This document shows positions 24,870 through 35,533 of a DNA stretch of 43,491 nt, one piece after another. Origin of the DNA: an uncultured Aquificales bacterium (GTDB taxonomy: Bacteria > Thermosulfidibacterota > Thermosulfidibacteria > Thermosulfidibacterales > Thermosulfidibacteraceae); assembly GCA_964453345.1 (NCBI GenBank), contig CAYVOC010000011.1, forward strand, positions 1 to 43,491, in the 5' to 3' direction. The first letter of the stretch is position 1, and every line of letters starts with the position of its first letter. The notes under the pieces are model-generated. The model was not told the DNA's origin, ran no database searches, and was given only the letters and a program-made list of their open reading frames with translations. The position numbers were made by a program, and so were the translations under genes.

Positions 24870-25947
24870 ATGCGGCATAGTTGGACTGCCCAATGTGGGG
24901 AAATCCACCATATTCAACGCCCTCTCCGGTGCGTCGGTCCCCGCTGAGAATTACCCCTTCTGCACCGTTGATCCCAATGTGGGGGTGGTTGAGGTTCCGG
25001 ATCCCAGGCTTGAGGTTGTCCGGAGGGTTGCGGGAAGCCCGAAGGCTACTCCCACCTACCTTGAGTTTGTGGATATTGCGGGGCTGGTTAAGGGGGCGAG
25101 CAGGGGCGAGGGGCTTGGAAACCAGTTTCTGTCCCACATAAGGGGCATGGACGCCATAGCCCATGTGGTCAGGTGCTTTGAGGATCCCAACGTCTCCCAT
25201 GTGGAGGGAAGCGTTGATCCCGTTAGGGATGTGGAGATAGTGGAGCTTGAGCTTGTCCTTTCGGATCTTGAGGTTGCCGAAAGGAATCTAAAGAAGCTTG
25301 AGAAGGTGGTGAGATCCGGGAACAGAGCCCTGAGGCCCGAGCTGGAGGCCCTTGGCAAGGCCTACGACGCCCTGAAGGAGGGGACACAGCTCAGGTTCCT
25401 TGAGTGGAGCAAGGAGGAGCTTGAGGCAATAAAGCACTACCAGTTCATAACCCTGAAGCCGGTTCTGTATGTGGCGAATGTTGATGAGGGCGGATTCGAT
25501 TCTCCCGCTGTGGAAAGCTTAAGGAGGCTTGCAGAGGAGAGGGGCGCCGGATTTGTGGTTCTGTGTGGGAAGCTTGAGCAGGAGCTGGGTGAGCTTGAGC
25601 CTGAGGAGAGAAGGGAGTTTCTGGAGCAGCTCGGTCTTGCCGAAAGCGGCATAGAGCGCTTTGTGAGGGAGGGATATAGAATCCTGGATCTTATAACCTT
25701 TTTCACCGCCAATGAGAACGAGGCCAGGGCCTGGACGGTAAAGAGGGGAACCACCGTGATTGAGGCGGCGGGCAAGATCCATACCGATATGCAGAGGGGC
25801 TTTATAAGGGCCGAGGTTGTCTCCTACAGCGATCTTGAACGGGTCGAATCCCTTTCCGCTGCTAAGGAAAGGGGGCTTGTGAGGGTTGAGGGGAGGGACT
25901 ATGTGGTGGAGGATGGGGACCTCATCTACATAAGATTCAAGGTTTAG
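24859..25947 (+). CDS. ychF: Ribosome-binding ATPase YchF
   Basis: [29 protein letters not shown]-terminal TGS domain; start moved to ATG at 24859. Confidence 0.96.
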   Translation: MGFKCGIVGLPNVGKSTIFNALSGASVPAENYPFCTVDPNVGVVEVPDPRLEVVRRVAGSPKATPTYLEFVDIAGLVKGASRGEGLGNQFLSHIRGMDAIAHVVRCFEDPNVSHVEGSVDPVRDVEIVELELVLSDLEVAERNLKKLEKVVRSGNRALRPELEALGKAYDALKEGTQLRFLEWSKEELEAIKHYQFITLKPVLYVANVDEGGFDSPAVESLRRLAEERGAGFVVLCGKLEQELGELEPEERREFLEQLGLAESGIERFVREGYRILDLITFFTANENEARAWTVKRGTTVIEAAGKIHTDMQRGFIRAEVVSYSDLERVESLSAAKERGLVRVEGRDYVVEDGDLIYIRFKV

Positions 25948-25959
25948 GGAGGGAGCAAG

Positions 25960-27144
25960 GTGGGAGACATTTTCGCCAAATGCTACGCCTTCAAGGATCC
26001 GGATGTTGTCAGAAGCCTGGGTGTATACCCCTACTTCAGGCCCATAGCCACCCAGCAGGGCCCCGTGGTAAAGATAGGGGACAGAGAGCTTATAATGCTC
26101 GGCTCCAACAGCTACCTTGGCCTCACGGACGATCCGAGGGTGAAGGAGGCCGCCAAGAGGGCCATAGACAGATACGGGACCGGCTGTGCGGGATCCCGCT
26201 TCCTCAACGGGACCCTCGATCTGCATATACAGCTTGAGGAGGAGCTGGCCGATTTCCTCGGGAAGGAGGCGGTTCTGCTGTATAGCACCGGCTTCCAGAC
26301 CAACCTGGGGATAATCTCCACCCTTGTTGACAGGGACGATTATGTGATCATTGACAAATCCGATCATGCAAGCATTGTTGAGGGGTGCCGCCTTTCCTAT
26401 GGCGAGGTTAAGAGATTCAGGCACAACGATGTTGAGCATCTTGAGAAGGTGCTTTCCAGACTTGAGCCTGAGGCGGGTAAGCTGATTGTGGTGGATGGCG
26501 TATACAGCATGGAGGGGGACATTGCCCCTGTGCCTGAGATAGTTAAGCTTGCCAAGAAATACGGCGCCAGGTTCATGATTGATGATGCCCACGGCCTTGG
26601 GGTGCTTGGTGAGACGGGGGCTGGCACCGCCGAACATTTCGGGATGACCGACGAGGTTGATATAATAATGGGAACCTTCAGCAAGTCCCTGGCATCCTTG
26701 GGGGGATTCGTTGCCTCCAGCAGGGAGGTGATAGAGTATCTCAAGCACAGATCCAGACCCCTGATCTTCAGCGCCAGCATATCTCCTCCCAATGCGGCGG
26801 CTGCTCTGGAGGCGTTGAGGATCCTGAGGAGCGAGCCTGAGCGCAGAGAAGCCCTCTGGGAGAATACCAGAAGGCTTCAGAAGGGACTCAGGGAGCTTGG
26901 TTTTGACATAGGCAACACCCAGACGCCGGTGATCCCCGTGTATATAGGGGACGACATCAAAACCTTCCAGATATGTATGGCCCTTCATGAGGAGGGGGTT
27001 TTCGTGAATCCGGTGGTGTCGCCGGGTGTTCCCCCCGGTAAGGCTCTGCTCAGGTTGAGCGTTATGGCCACCCACAGGCCGGAGCACATAGATACGGCCC
27101 TTGAAAAACTCGAAAAGGTAGGGAAGAGGTTTGGGATAATATGA
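25960..27144 (+). CDS. spt: PLP-dependent alpha-oxoamine synthase, serine palmitoyltransferase-like
   Basis: [41 protein letters not shown]; directly upstream of a bCerS-like GNAT. Confidence 0.75.
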   Translation: MGDIFAKCYAFKDPDVVRSLGVYPYFRPIATQQGPVVKIGDRELIMLGSNSYLGLTDDPRVKEAAKRAIDRYGTGCAGSRFLNGTLDLHIQLEEELADFLGKEAVLLYSTGFQTNLGIISTLVDRDDYVIIDKSDHASIVEGCRLSYGEVKRFRHNDVEHLEKVLSRLEPEAGKLIVVDGVYSMEGDIAPVPEIVKLAKKYGARFMIDDAHGLGVLGETGAGTAEHFGMTDEVDIIMGTFSKSLASLGGFVASSREVIEYLKHRSRPLIFSASISPPNAAAALEALRILRSEPERREALWENTRRLQKGLRELGFDIGNTQTPVIPVYIGDDIKTFQICMALHEEGVFVNPVVSPGVPPGKALLRLSVMATHRPEHIDTALEKLEKVGKRFGII

Positions 27145-28265
27145 GGATACTTGAGGCTACAGATAAAAGATCCCTGATAGAGTTTGTCAGGGTTCCCTGG
27201 GGGATATATAAGGGGGACGACAACTGGGTTCCGCCCATCGTGGTTGAACTTGTAAACAGCCTTGATAAGAGGCGCAATCCCTTCTTCCAGCACGCCGATG
27301 CGGCCTATTTTTACGCCGTGGATGATAGGGGCAGGCCCTTGGGCAGGATCGCCGCCATCTACGACAGGCTGCACTTCAAATTCAGGCAGGAGAACGTGGG
27401 ATACTTCGGCTACTTTGAATGCGTGGATGACGGGGATGTGGCATCAGCCCTTCTTGAGACGGCTGAGGACTGGCTGAAGAGAAGGGGTGCCGTTTACATG
27501 AGGGGGCCTATAAACCTCAGCATGAACAACGAATGCGGGCTTTTGATTGAGGGGTTTGATGACCCGCCCTGTTTTATGATGCCCTATAATCCCCCCTATT
27601 ATGCGGAGCTTATAGAAGGTTACGGACTGGAGAAGGTGAAGGATCTTTTGGCCTACTGGGTTGATCTCTACTATCAGAGCGATCACAGACAGCTCGTTAA
27701 GTTTGCCGAAAGGGCCGCCAAGAGGCTTTCCGGTTTCAGGGTCAGATCCGTTGACATGAAGCGTTTTAATGATGAGCTTGAGCGTTTCAAAGAGATTTAC
27801 AACGAGGCCTGGGAAAACAACTGGGGCTTTGTTCCCCTGACGGAGGAAGAGATAGAGTATATGGCCAAGAAGATGAAGCCCTTGGTGGTGAGGGATCTTG
27901 TTGTCTTTGCCGAGACCTTGGAGGGGGAGCCGGCCGGGGTTGCCATGGCCATGCCCGACTACAATTTTGTGTTCAAGCGGATGAAGGGGAGTCTCTTCCC
28001 CTTGGGGATCATAAAGTTCTTCATATACAGGAATCACATTCCCAGGATCAGACTCATGGTTCTGGGGGTGAAGAGAAAGTATCGTTTAAGGGGCCTTGAG
28101 TATCTCATGCTGGGGAAGATGTATGATTATGTGATGAAGAGGGGCTACACGGGGGCGGAGTTTTCCTGGATCCTTGAGGACAACGAACCCATAAAGGCCA
28201 TAATCGAGCGGTTTGGTTCCCGCATCTACAAAAGATACAGAATCTATGAGAAGAAGATACGGTAG
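27141..28265 (+). CDS. GNAT-fold protein of the bacterial ceramide synthase (bCerS) type
   Basis: [69 protein letters not shown] overlap with spt. Confidence 0.72.
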   Translation: MRILEATDKRSLIEFVRVPWGIYKGDDNWVPPIVVELVNSLDKRRNPFFQHADAAYFYAVDDRGRPLGRIAAIYDRLHFKFRQENVGYFGYFECVDDGDVASALLETAEDWLKRRGAVYMRGPINLSMNNECGLLIEGFDDPPCFMMPYNPPYYAELIEGYGLEKVKDLLAYWVDLYYQSDHRQLVKFAERAAKRLSGFRVRSVDMKRFNDELERFKEIYNEAWENNWGFVPLTEEEIEYMAKKMKPLVVRDLVVFAETLEGEPAGVAMAMPDYNFVFKRMKGSLFPLGIIKFFIYRNHIPRIRLMVLGVKRKYRLRGLEYLMLGKMYDYVMKRGYTGAEFSWILEDNEPIKAIIERFGSRIYKRYRIYEKKIR

Positions 28266-28764
28266 GTGCGAACCTGAAAGGCGTGGACGCTCGAGCTGGT
28301 TTATCCTCTTCTTTCTTCTTATCGCCATATTTTTCTTCAACTACTTCGGGAGAAAGCTGGGGCAGGTTTCCAATCCTCCCTTTCCGGTGGATGTTGCCCT
28401 CTACGATCATGAGGGCAGGTTGAGACATTTAAGGTTTTCCCGTGGGTTTACGGTGGTGGTTCTTGTGAGCAGAGGTTGCAGTCCCTGCGAAAGGCAGATA
28501 GAGGAGCTAAAAAGGCTTGATGTGGGCTGGGCTAAGTGGATGGTCATCTTCCTGGACGGGCCGGTTCCGAAGGGCATGGGTGAGGGCTTTTTCTCCGTCC
28601 ATCCCAAGGATGTGGAGAGGCTGGTGGAGGCCTTAGGGGTGGAGAGGGTTCCCATTACCTTTATAGTGGACTCATCGGGGCTTATAAGAAGAAGGATAGA
28701 GGGCTACATAGATGCCTCTGATCTTGAGGCCTTTTTGAGGGTTGTGAAGAGATACGGAATTTAG
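28246..28764 (+). CDS. Membrane-anchored thioredoxin-like (TlpA/ResA-like) protein
   Basis: N-terminal TM segment, [13 protein letters not shown]; start uncertain. Confidence 0.7.
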   Translation: MRRRYGRCEPERRGRSSWFILFFLLIAIFFFNYFGRKLGQVSNPPFPVDVALYDHEGRLRHLRFSRGFTVVVLVSRGCSPCERQIEELKRLDVGWAKWMVIFLDGPVPKGMGEGFFSVHPKDVERLVEALGVERVPITFIVDSSGLIRRRIEGYIDASDLEAFLRVVKRYGI

Positions 28765-28775
28765 GAGGATGCGGG

Positions 28776-29696
28776 ATGAAGAAGCTTTATGACCTTGTGA
28801 TTGTGGGAGCGGGTCCTGCGGGCCTTACCGCCGGGATATACGCTGCCAGGGCCAAGCTGGATGCGGTGATAATTGAGCGTTTCGCCCCCGGGGGACAGAT
28901 AGCCCTGAGCGATTGGGTGGAGAACTATCCGGGCTTTGAGGGCATATCGGGCATGGAGCTTACGGAGAGAATGCGTGCTCAGGCGGAGAAGCTCGGCGTG
29001 AGGTTTATAACGGGAGAGGCCAAGGGGCTTGAGGAATACAGGAATAAGAAGGTCATCTATGTTGATTCTGACTGGTATGAGTCAAAGACGGTTATCGTTG
29101 CAACCGGTGCCTCTCCCAAGGAGCTGGGAGTGGAAGGGGAGAGGGAATTTGTGGGCAGGGGGGTTTCCTACTGCGCCACCTGTGACGGCGCCTTCTACAA
29201 GGGGCTTGAGGTCGCCGTGGTTGGAGGTGGGGATACCGCCGTCCAGGAGGCCATATTTTTGACCAAGTTCGCCTCCAAGGTCTATCTTATCCACAGGAGG
29301 GAGAAACTGCGCGCCGCTCCCATACTGCAGGAGAGGTTGTTCAAGAACGAGAAGATAGAGGTTATCTGGGATACGGTGGTGGAGAGGATTGTGGGAACGA
29401 ATGCGGTTGAAAAGCTTGAGCTGAAAAATGTCAAAACGGGCGAAAAAAAGGAGCTTCCCGTTGCGGGTGTCTTCATCTTCATCGGCATAAGGCCGAACAC
29501 CGCCTTTGTTGAGGATGTGCTTGAGCTTGATGCAAACGGCTTCGTCATCACCGGTGAGAACCTTGAGACCAACATCCCCGGGGTCTTTGCGGCAGGGGAT
29601 GTGAGAAGAAAGAGCCTGCGGCAGGTGATCACCGCCTGTGCCGATGGCGCCGTGGCCGCCTTCCAGGCCCAGCAGTTCATAGAGAGGATGTGTTAG
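28776..29696 (+). CDS. trxB: Thioredoxin reductase
   Basis: [34 protein letters not shown]. Confidence 0.96.
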   Translation: MKKLYDLVIVGAGPAGLTAGIYAARAKLDAVIIERFAPGGQIALSDWVENYPGFEGISGMELTERMRAQAEKLGVRFITGEAKGLEEYRNKKVIYVDSDWYESKTVIVATGASPKELGVEGEREFVGRGVSYCATCDGAFYKGLEVAVVGGGDTAVQEAIFLTKFASKVYLIHRREKLRAAPILQERLFKNEKIEVIWDTVVERIVGTNAVEKLELKNVKTGEKKELPVAGVFIFIGIRPNTAFVEDVLELDANGFVITGENLETNIPGVFAAGDVRRKSLRQVITACADGAVAAFQAQQFIERMC

Positions 29697-29697
29697 C

Positions 29698-29970
29698 TTG
29701 AGGCTGGATAAGTTCCTCAAGGTCTCAAGGCTGATAAAGAGGCGGGGGCTTGCCAAGGAGGCATGTGATGCCGGGATAATAAGGGTCAACGGTGTCCCCG
29801 CCAAGCCTTCAAGAAAGCTGAAGGAGGGCGATGTTATAGAGATTGATGCGGCAAGGTTCTATCTGAAGGCGCGGGTTCTGCGGATTCCGGCAGGCTCCGT
29901 TTCCAAATCGGAGGCGTCAAGCCTGTATGAAATTATAGAGGAGAGGAAGAAGCCGTGGGATGCCTTCTGA
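29698..29970 (+). CDS. S4-domain RNA-binding protein (YabO/RqcP-like)
   Basis: [19 protein letters not shown]-terminus, 90 aa, TTG start. Confidence 0.85.
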   Translation: MRLDKFLKVSRLIKRRGLAKEACDAGIIRVNGVPAKPSRKLKEGDVIEIDAARFYLKARVLRIPAGSVSKSEASSLYEIIEERKKPWDAF

Positions 29971-30941
29971 TAACCATGGGGGATGCGGCCGGCATAGGCC
30001 CTGAAATCATACTTAAGGCCTACGCCGCAGGGGATCTTGACTGCGCCCTTCCGGTTGTTGTGGGGGACTGCTCGGTCCTTGAATACTACAATAGACTTTT
30101 GGGACTTGGCGTTCCTCTAAAGATGATCTCCGATCCTTCTGAGGCATCCTCCGGAACTCTTTCCGTGATTCAGGTGGGGTCTTTAAGGCCCGGAACCGAT
30201 TTTGAGCCGGGCAGAAGCAGTGCGGCGTGCGGAGAGGCTGTTGTGGAATACATAAAAAGGGCCGTAAAGCTCTGCCTTGAGGGGAAGGCGCTGGCCATGG
30301 TCACAGCCCCCATAAGCAAACATTCCATGCATCAGGCGGGATACTCCTATCCCGGACACACGGAGCTTCTCGCCGAGCTGACGGCCACCGACAACTACGC
30401 CATGATGCTGGTGGGGGGAGGCGTAAGGGTCTCCTTGGTCACAATCCATGTTGCCCTTAGGGAGATTTTCAGCCTGATAACCGAAAACGAGGTGTATCGG
30501 GTTGCAAGGCTAACCGCCCGTGAGCTTGTGAGGCTGTTCGGGTTTGAAAGACCTAAGGTTGCCGTGTGCGGTCTAAATCCCCATGCGGGGGAGGGGGGCG
30601 CCTTTGGAAGGGAGGAGATAGAGGTTATCGCCCCTGCGGTTGAGAGGTTGAGATCCGAAGGGTATGAGGTTTACGGCCCTCTTCCCTCGGACACCCTCTT
30701 CTACTGGCATCTTAAGGGCAGATACGACGCAGTTGTGGCCATGTATCACGATCAGGGGCTGATTCCTGTGAAGCTTGTGGGCTTTGAGGAGGGGGTGAAT
30801 GTGACCCTTGGCCTTCCCATAATCAGAACCTCCCCCGATCACGGAACGGGGTTCGACATAGCGGGAAAGGGTGTCGCCTCGTGCAAAAGCTTGGTGAGCG
30901 CCTACAGGCTCGCCTGTAGCTTCGCTTCTGCTGTCAGGTAG
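29955..30941 (+). CDS. pdxA: 4-hydroxythreonine-4-phosphate dehydrogenase family
   Basis: [38 protein letters not shown]. Confidence 0.93.
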   Translation: MGCLLITMGDAAGIGPEIILKAYAAGDLDCALPVVVGDCSVLEYYNRLLGLGVPLKMISDPSEASSGTLSVIQVGSLRPGTDFEPGRSSAACGEAVVEYIKRAVKLCLEGKALAMVTAPISKHSMHQAGYSYPGHTELLAELTATDNYAMMLVGGGVRVSLVTIHVALREIFSLITENEVYRVARLTARELVRLFGFERPKVAVCGLNPHAGEGGAFGREEIEVIAPAVERLRSEGYEVYGPLPSDTLFYWHLKGRYDAVVAMYHDQGLIPVKLVGFEEGVNVTLGLPIIRTSPDHGTGFDIAGKGVASCKSLVSAYRLACSFASAVR

Positions 30942-32415
30942 CCTTTGGTTTGAGGATCACCACCGCCCTCGGGCACTCCTCTTCGCAGATGCCGCACCCC
31001 TTGCAGTGATCCCTGTCTAAGGTGGGTTTCCCGTTCTCGTCCAGAAGCACCGCCACATCCGGGCAGAAGGTCCAGCAGTTGCCGCATCCGTTGCAGTATC
31101 CGCAGCTGAAGCACCTTGAGGCTTCCCTCTGCAGGTCTTCGAGATTCCCGATTTGCCTTACTCGGGGTGACTTTTCAAAGTAAAAGAGGTTCAGGCTGTC
31201 AAAGCTTATTATTTCCTCCCTGTCCCTTTTGATAGTAGAAGCCATGATGGCTCTGCGGGCGGAGGCCATGGCTTCCGCCACGGTGGACGGGCCGAGTTTA
31301 TAGTCTCCAATGCACTCCGCATCCACCTCATCAAACCTTCTTTTTTGGCCCGTGGCCACTATAACCGCATCGGCCGTTAAGGTTCCTCCCTCCTTCACTA
31401 TCCTTGTTGTCTTCCAGCCCTTCTCCTCTCCGATGACTTCAACCTCTGCAAGTTTTACTTTGATCTTGCCGTTGATCTTTTCGATAAGGGTGCAGGCGGT
31501 TCCGTCCTTGATGGAAAGCCCGAGATCCTTGGCCTCCTCCACCTCCTCCCTGAAGGCGGGCATATCATTTTCACTTTCAACGCACACGAGGGTGACGGAT
31601 CTTCTGTTCTTCAAAAGGCATATGGCCACATCCACGGCAACATTTCCGCCGCCTATCACCACGAAATCCTTCCCTTCGGGAAGCAGACCCTTTGTGTTGT
31701 ATTCCTCAAGAACCCTTATTCCTACAAGTGCCTTTTCCACCCCCGGAATGTCTGGGATCCTCGGCTCAGTGAGCCCTCCCGCAAACACCACCCTGTCGAA
31801 CTCGCTTTTCAAAGCCTCCAGATCCTCGGGGAAGATGCTCCTTCCCACTTCAAATCTCACCCCTATCTCCTCAAGCCTCTTGACGGCTTCCGCAACCAGC
31901 TCCTTGGGAAGCCTGTGCTTGGGAATTCCCCAGTATAGCAGCCCGCCGGGTTCGGTCTTCTCCTCAAACACCACCACCCGGTTCCCCTTCAGGCTTGAGA
32001 ACCATGCATAGGTGAGTCCCGCCGGCCCGGAACCGATTACGGCCACCCTTTCGCCGTCATACCCTTCCTTCGGGGGAAAGAGCTTCTCCTCAAGGATCAC
32101 ATTGCCCAGAAATCCCTCTATTCCCTTAGTGTTTACGGCCTCGTCGTATTCCCCTCTGTTGCAGTGGCTCATGCAGAAGGCCGGGCATACCCGTGATGTT
32201 ATGAAGGGGAAGGGGTTGATGTTCATGATGCTGAGGGCAGCCTCCTTTATCATCCCCTTGAGGATGAGTTCAACCAGAGCCGGCACATCCGTTTCCAAAG
32301 GACAGGCCTTGATGCAGGGGGCGAAGGCGCTTGCAAAGACCGGCTGCTGCTTGCTCCAGGTTCCGGTCTTTATGCGCCTTGTTGTTGAAAAGCTCCTTAG
32401 AAGGGTTATGTCCAT
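30934..32415 (-). CDS. GltD-like FAD/NAD(P) oxidoreductase fused with a 2-oxoacid oxidoreductase delta (2x[4Fe-4S]) subunit
   Basis: N-terminal [38 protein letters not shown]-terminal [13 protein letters not shown] and [12 protein letters not shown]. Confidence 0.8.
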   Translation of the reverse strand: MDITLLRSFSTTRRIKTGTWSKQQPVFASAFAPCIKACPLETDVPALVELILKGMIKEAALSIMNINPFPFITSRVCPAFCMSHCNRGEYDEAVNTKGIEGFLGNVILEEKLFPPKEGYDGERVAVIGSGPAGLTYAWFSSLKGNRVVVFEEKTEPGGLLYWGIPKHRLPKELVAEAVKRLEEIGVRFEVGRSIFPEDLEALKSEFDRVVFAGGLTEPRIPDIPGVEKALVGIRVLEEYNTKGLLPEGKDFVVIGGGNVAVDVAICLLKNRRSVTLVCVESENDMPAFREEVEEAKDLGLSIKDGTACTLIEKINGKIKVKLAEVEVIGEEKGWKTTRIVKEGGTLTADAVIVATGQKRRFDEVDAECIGDYKLGPSTVAEAMASARRAIMASTIKRDREEIISFDSLNLFYFEKSPRVRQIGNLEDLQREASRCFSCGYCNGCGNCWTFCPDVAVLLDENGKPTLDRDHCKGCGICEEECPRAVVILKPKAT

Positions 32416-32951
32416 GCCCTGACTTCTCCGTAGGCTCTTAGTGCCGCTTTTTTATTCTCCTCAACCTTCTCCTTAACATACTCCTCTATGGCTGAAAGCA
32501 CGGAATCGATCTTCAGAATTCCTGTGGCTCCGGCGAAGGCTCCCACCATCGCCGTGTTCACTATGGGGTATGCAGCCGTTCCGAGTCCTAAGGAGAGGGC
32601 GATGCTTGTGGCGTCCACCGTGTAGAGCCTTCCTCTGGGTATGTCAACCCTCTGCGGGGAGTTTACAAGAACTATTCCCTCTTCCTTAAGCCCCTGGGTG
32701 ACATCCACATCCCTTATCAGGGTGTCGTCCAGCACCACCAGTATGTCCGGATTCCTTATTCCGCATCTTAGGAGTATCGGCTCGTCGTCCACCCTGGTGA
32801 AGGCGGCAACGGGTGCCCCTCTTCTTTCCGCACCGAAGGTGGGGAAGGACTGGACCCACTTGCCTTCCTTGAAGAAGGCTATGGCAAGAAGCCTTGATGC
32901 GACAACCGCTCCCTGTCCGCCACGTCCGTGTATTCTTATCTCAAGCATCAC
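32406..32951 (-). CDS. 2-oxoacid:acceptor oxidoreductase gamma subunit
   Basis: [28 protein letters not shown]. Confidence 0.92.
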   Translation of the reverse strand: MMLEIRIHGRGGQGAVVASRLLAIAFFKEGKWVQSFPTFGAERRGAPVAAFTRVDDEPILLRCGIRNPDILVVLDDTLIRDVDVTQGLKEEGIVLVNSPQRVDIPRGRLYTVDATSIALSLGLGTAAYPIVNTAMVGAFAGATGILKIDSVLSAIEEYVKEKVEENKKAALRAYGEVRAWT

Positions 32952-33484
32952 TCACCGCAGACAACGACTATGGCTGTTGCGGGTCCTCCGATACCCCTGA
33001 GGGAGTGGGGGTATCTCGATTCGTATGAGGCTGTGTCCCCCGGCTCAAGTATCACCCTCTCGTCCTCAACGCATATCTCAAGCTTTCCCTCAAGCAGAAA
33101 GAGGAACTCCTTTCCCTGGTGCTGGAAGAAGACCCTTTCGTCCTCCTCTTTCTCTTCAAACACCACCAGGAAGGCGTTTATGCCCTCCCTCGATGCCAGG
33201 CTTTTGTAGTGATAGCCGGATCTGCTCGGCCCCGTCTTGGGCCTTCTCTCCACATCCTTCCTCTGCATCTTGCGGACGACGTTTATCTTGCCCCTCTGCT
33301 TTTCTCCCATAAGCTCGGATAGTTTAACCCCGTAGGCCTTTGATAGGTTGATGAGGGTGGATATGGAGGGAGTGAACCTGCCCTCCTCGATCTCCCTCAA
33401 GAGCTCTGCACTGATGCCGCACAGCCTTGCGGCCTCCTCCACGGAGAGGCCCTTATCTTCCCTTAGCCTTTTCAGGTTTTTCAT
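32948..33484 (-). CDS. XRE-family HTH + cupin transcriptional regulator
   Basis: LKRLRE..GLS and IEEG..TPSISTL helix-turn-helix; H.G.EF and PH cupin motifs; start moved to ATG at 33484. Confidence 0.88.
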   Translation of the reverse strand: MKNLKRLREDKGLSVEEAARLCGISAELLREIEEGRFTPSISTLINLSKAYGVKLSELMGEKQRGKINVVRKMQRKDVERRPKTGPSRSGYHYKSLASREGINAFLVVFEEKEEDERVFFQHQGKEFLFLLEGKLEICVEDERVILEPGDTASYESRYPHSLRGIGGPATAIVVVCGE

Positions 33485-33491
33485 ATTTTTC

Positions 33492-33520
33492 AGGATAGCT
33501 GCAGTTTTGTTGAAGTTCAA
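33492..33520 (-). promoter_or_regulatory. Putative sigma70 promoter for XRE-gamma-delta/GltD operon (leaderless)
   Basis: TTGAAC (33520-33515), 17 nt, TATCCT (33497-33492), 7 nt, ATG; no SD present. Confidence 0.6.
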
Positions 33521-33538
33521 GAGGGGGTTGGGTATAAT
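33510..33538 (+). promoter_or_regulatory. Putative sigma70 promoter for the alpha-beta subunit operon
   Basis: TTGAAG (33510-33515), 17 nt, TATAAT (33533-33538). Confidence 0.7.
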
Positions 33539-33554
33539 TTCGAAGGGATGGATC

Positions 33555-34676
33555 ATGAGAAGGGTTCTTACTGCAGCTGAAGCCGTTGCCTATGCTGTGA
33601 AGGCCGTAAAGCCGGGGGTGATTTCCGCCTATCCCATCACGCCCCAGACCCATGTGATAGAGAAGCTGGCCGAGTTTGTGGAGACCGGAGAGCTCGATGC
33701 TGATTTTGTGAGGGTTGAGGCTGAGATTTCCGCCATCTCGGTGGTTGCTGGAAGCGTGATTCAGGGGGTAAGGGCCTTTACCGCCACCTCGTCCCACGGA
33801 TTGGTGTATATGCACGAGCTTCTCCACTGGTGCGCAGGCGGGAGACTACCCATTGTTATGGCGGTTGCCAACAGGGCCCTGGGAGCGCCTTGGAATATCT
33901 GGTGCGATCAGCAGGATATGCTCTCCCAGAGGGATACCGGATGGATGCAGATCTTCGCCAGAAACGCTCAGGAGGCCCATGATCTTATCCCCGTGGCCTA
34001 CCGGGTGGCGGAGAGGGTCTTTCTGCCTGTGATGGTGGGCTTCGACGGCTTTATACTCTCCCACACGGCTGAGCCGGTGGAGGTGGTGGAGGATCTGGAT
34101 GGGTTCCTTCCGCCTCTGGATAACCCCCTCATGCTCAGCCATCATCAGCCCTTTACTCTGTGGCCCATACTGGAGCCCGGCGTTTATCACCTTCAGAGAA
34201 AGGATCTCTTTGAGGATCACAAAAGGGCCCTTGAGGAGTGGAAGAGATCCCTTCAAGCCTGGAAGGAACTTTCCTCAAGGGAGTATGGAGTAGTTGAGGC
34301 CTTCTACCTGGATGATGCAAAAAGCGCCTTTCTGTGTGTGGGTTCCATTGCGGATACGGCCCTTGAGGCGGTGAAGCTTTTGAGGAGGGAAGGGGAGAGG
34401 GTGGGGCTCATATTGTTGAGGTTGTTCAGACCCTTCCCCTCCGTTGATCTTGCCGAGCTTGTGGTTGACCTTGAAAGGCTGATGGTTCTTGACAGGGCGG
34501 TCTCCTGGGGGGCGGAGGGGATAGTCTCTCAGGAGGTGAGGAACGCCGTTGCGGGGGCCTGTCCCGTTCAGTGCTGCGTGGTCTCCATGGGGGGCAAGGA
34601 TGTGTTTCCGGAGGATATAGCGGAGCTGTATTACAGGGGTATGGGCGTTCCCGAGGGGGTGGTGCTTTGGAGCTGA
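33555..34676 (+). CDS. 2-oxoacid:acceptor oxidoreductase alpha subunit (PorA-like)
   Basis: AYPITPQT, FTATSSHGL, NRALGAPWNIWCD, DGFILSHT, FRPFP; start moved to ATG at 33555. Confidence 0.9.
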   Translation: MRRVLTAAEAVAYAVKAVKPGVISAYPITPQTHVIEKLAEFVETGELDADFVRVEAEISAISVVAGSVIQGVRAFTATSSHGLVYMHELLHWCAGGRLPIVMAVANRALGAPWNIWCDQQDMLSQRDTGWMQIFARNAQEAHDLIPVAYRVAERVFLPVMVGFDGFILSHTAEPVEVVEDLDGFLPPLDNPLMLSHHQPFTLWPILEPGVYHLQRKDLFEDHKRALEEWKRSLQAWKELSSREYGVVEAFYLDDAKSAFLCVGSIADTALEAVKLLRREGERVGLILLRLFRPFPSVDLAELVVDLERLMVLDRAVSWGAEGIVSQEVRNAVAGACPVQCCVVSMGGKDVFPEDIAELYYRGMGVPEGVVLWS

Positions 34677-35533
34677 AAAATTTGCCCTATGAGGGGCTGG
34701 AGCCGGGACACCTTGCCTGTGCGGGGTGCGGTGCCGCCCTCGCCATGCGCATGGCCGTTAAGGCCCTTGGCGAGAAGATCAGGGTGGTTATCCCGGCAAG
34801 CTGCTGGAGCGTGATAGCGGGAAGGCATCCGGATGCTTCCTTGAAGGTTCCGGTGGTCCACAGCACCTTCGAGGTTGCTCCAAGCATCGCCACGGGTATC
34901 CGCAGGGCCTTGAGGAGGCTGGGACAGGACGATGTTAAGGTGATGGTGTGGGCCGGAGACGGTGCCACCTACGACATAGGCTTTGCGGCTCTATCCGCTG
35001 CCGCCGAGAGGAACGAGGACATCATATACGTGTGCTACGACAACGAGGCCTACATGAACACGGGGATACAGAGAAGCTCATCCACCCCCTTCGGGGCGTG
35101 GACCACCACAACCCCCACAGGCAAGTCCGAGCAGAAGAAGGACATTGTTTCCATCATGCTTGACCACAGGATCCCCTACCTTGCAACGGCCACGGTGGCT
35201 TTCCCCGAGGATATGGTGGAGAAGTTCAAAAAGGCTGCATCCGTTAAGGGGTTCAGGTTCATTTTGGTTCTGGCCCCCTGTCCCACCGGGTGGGGCATGC
35301 CGGAGAACAAAACGGTTCTGGCTTCAAGGCTCGCCGTTGAGACCGGGATCTTTCCCCTTGTTGAGGCCGAGCATGGCGATCTTAGGGTGACCCACATGCC
35401 CAAGTTTATGCCCGTTGAGGAGTATCTCAAGATACAGCGCAGATTCAGGGGAATTTCAAAGAGGGAGATTGAAAGAATAACCCTTCAGGTTGAGGCCATG
35501 TGGAGGCGGCTTAAATCTCCTTCTCCATCCTGA
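34667..35533 (+). CDS. 2-oxoacid:acceptor oxidoreductase beta subunit (ThDP-binding, PorB-like)
   Basis: ACAGCG, GDGATYDIG, DNEAYMNTG.Q.S..TP, PCPTGW; TTG start inferred at 34667. Confidence 0.9.
   Translation: MELKNLPYEGLEPGHLACAGCGAALAMRMAVKALGEKIRVVIPASCWSVIAGRHPDASLKVPVVHSTFEVAPSIATGIRRALRRLGQDDVKVMVWAGDGATYDIGFAALSAAAERNEDIIYVCYDNEAYMNTGIQRSSSTPFGAWTTTTPTGKSEQKKDIVSIMLDHRIPYLATATVAFPEDMVEKFKKAASVKGFRFILVLAPCPTGWGMPENKTVLASRLAVETGIFPLVEAEHGDLRVTHMPKFMPVEEYLKIQRRFRGISKREIERITLQVEAMWRRLKSPSPS

Noticed and set aside
25519-27087. 522-aa minus-strand ORF (similar ones at 12305-13675, 22761-24122, 14316-15287 and 15190-16212)
   Set aside because: Antisense to well-supported genes; long stop-free antisense frames are expected from the codon bias, and none has recognisable domains.
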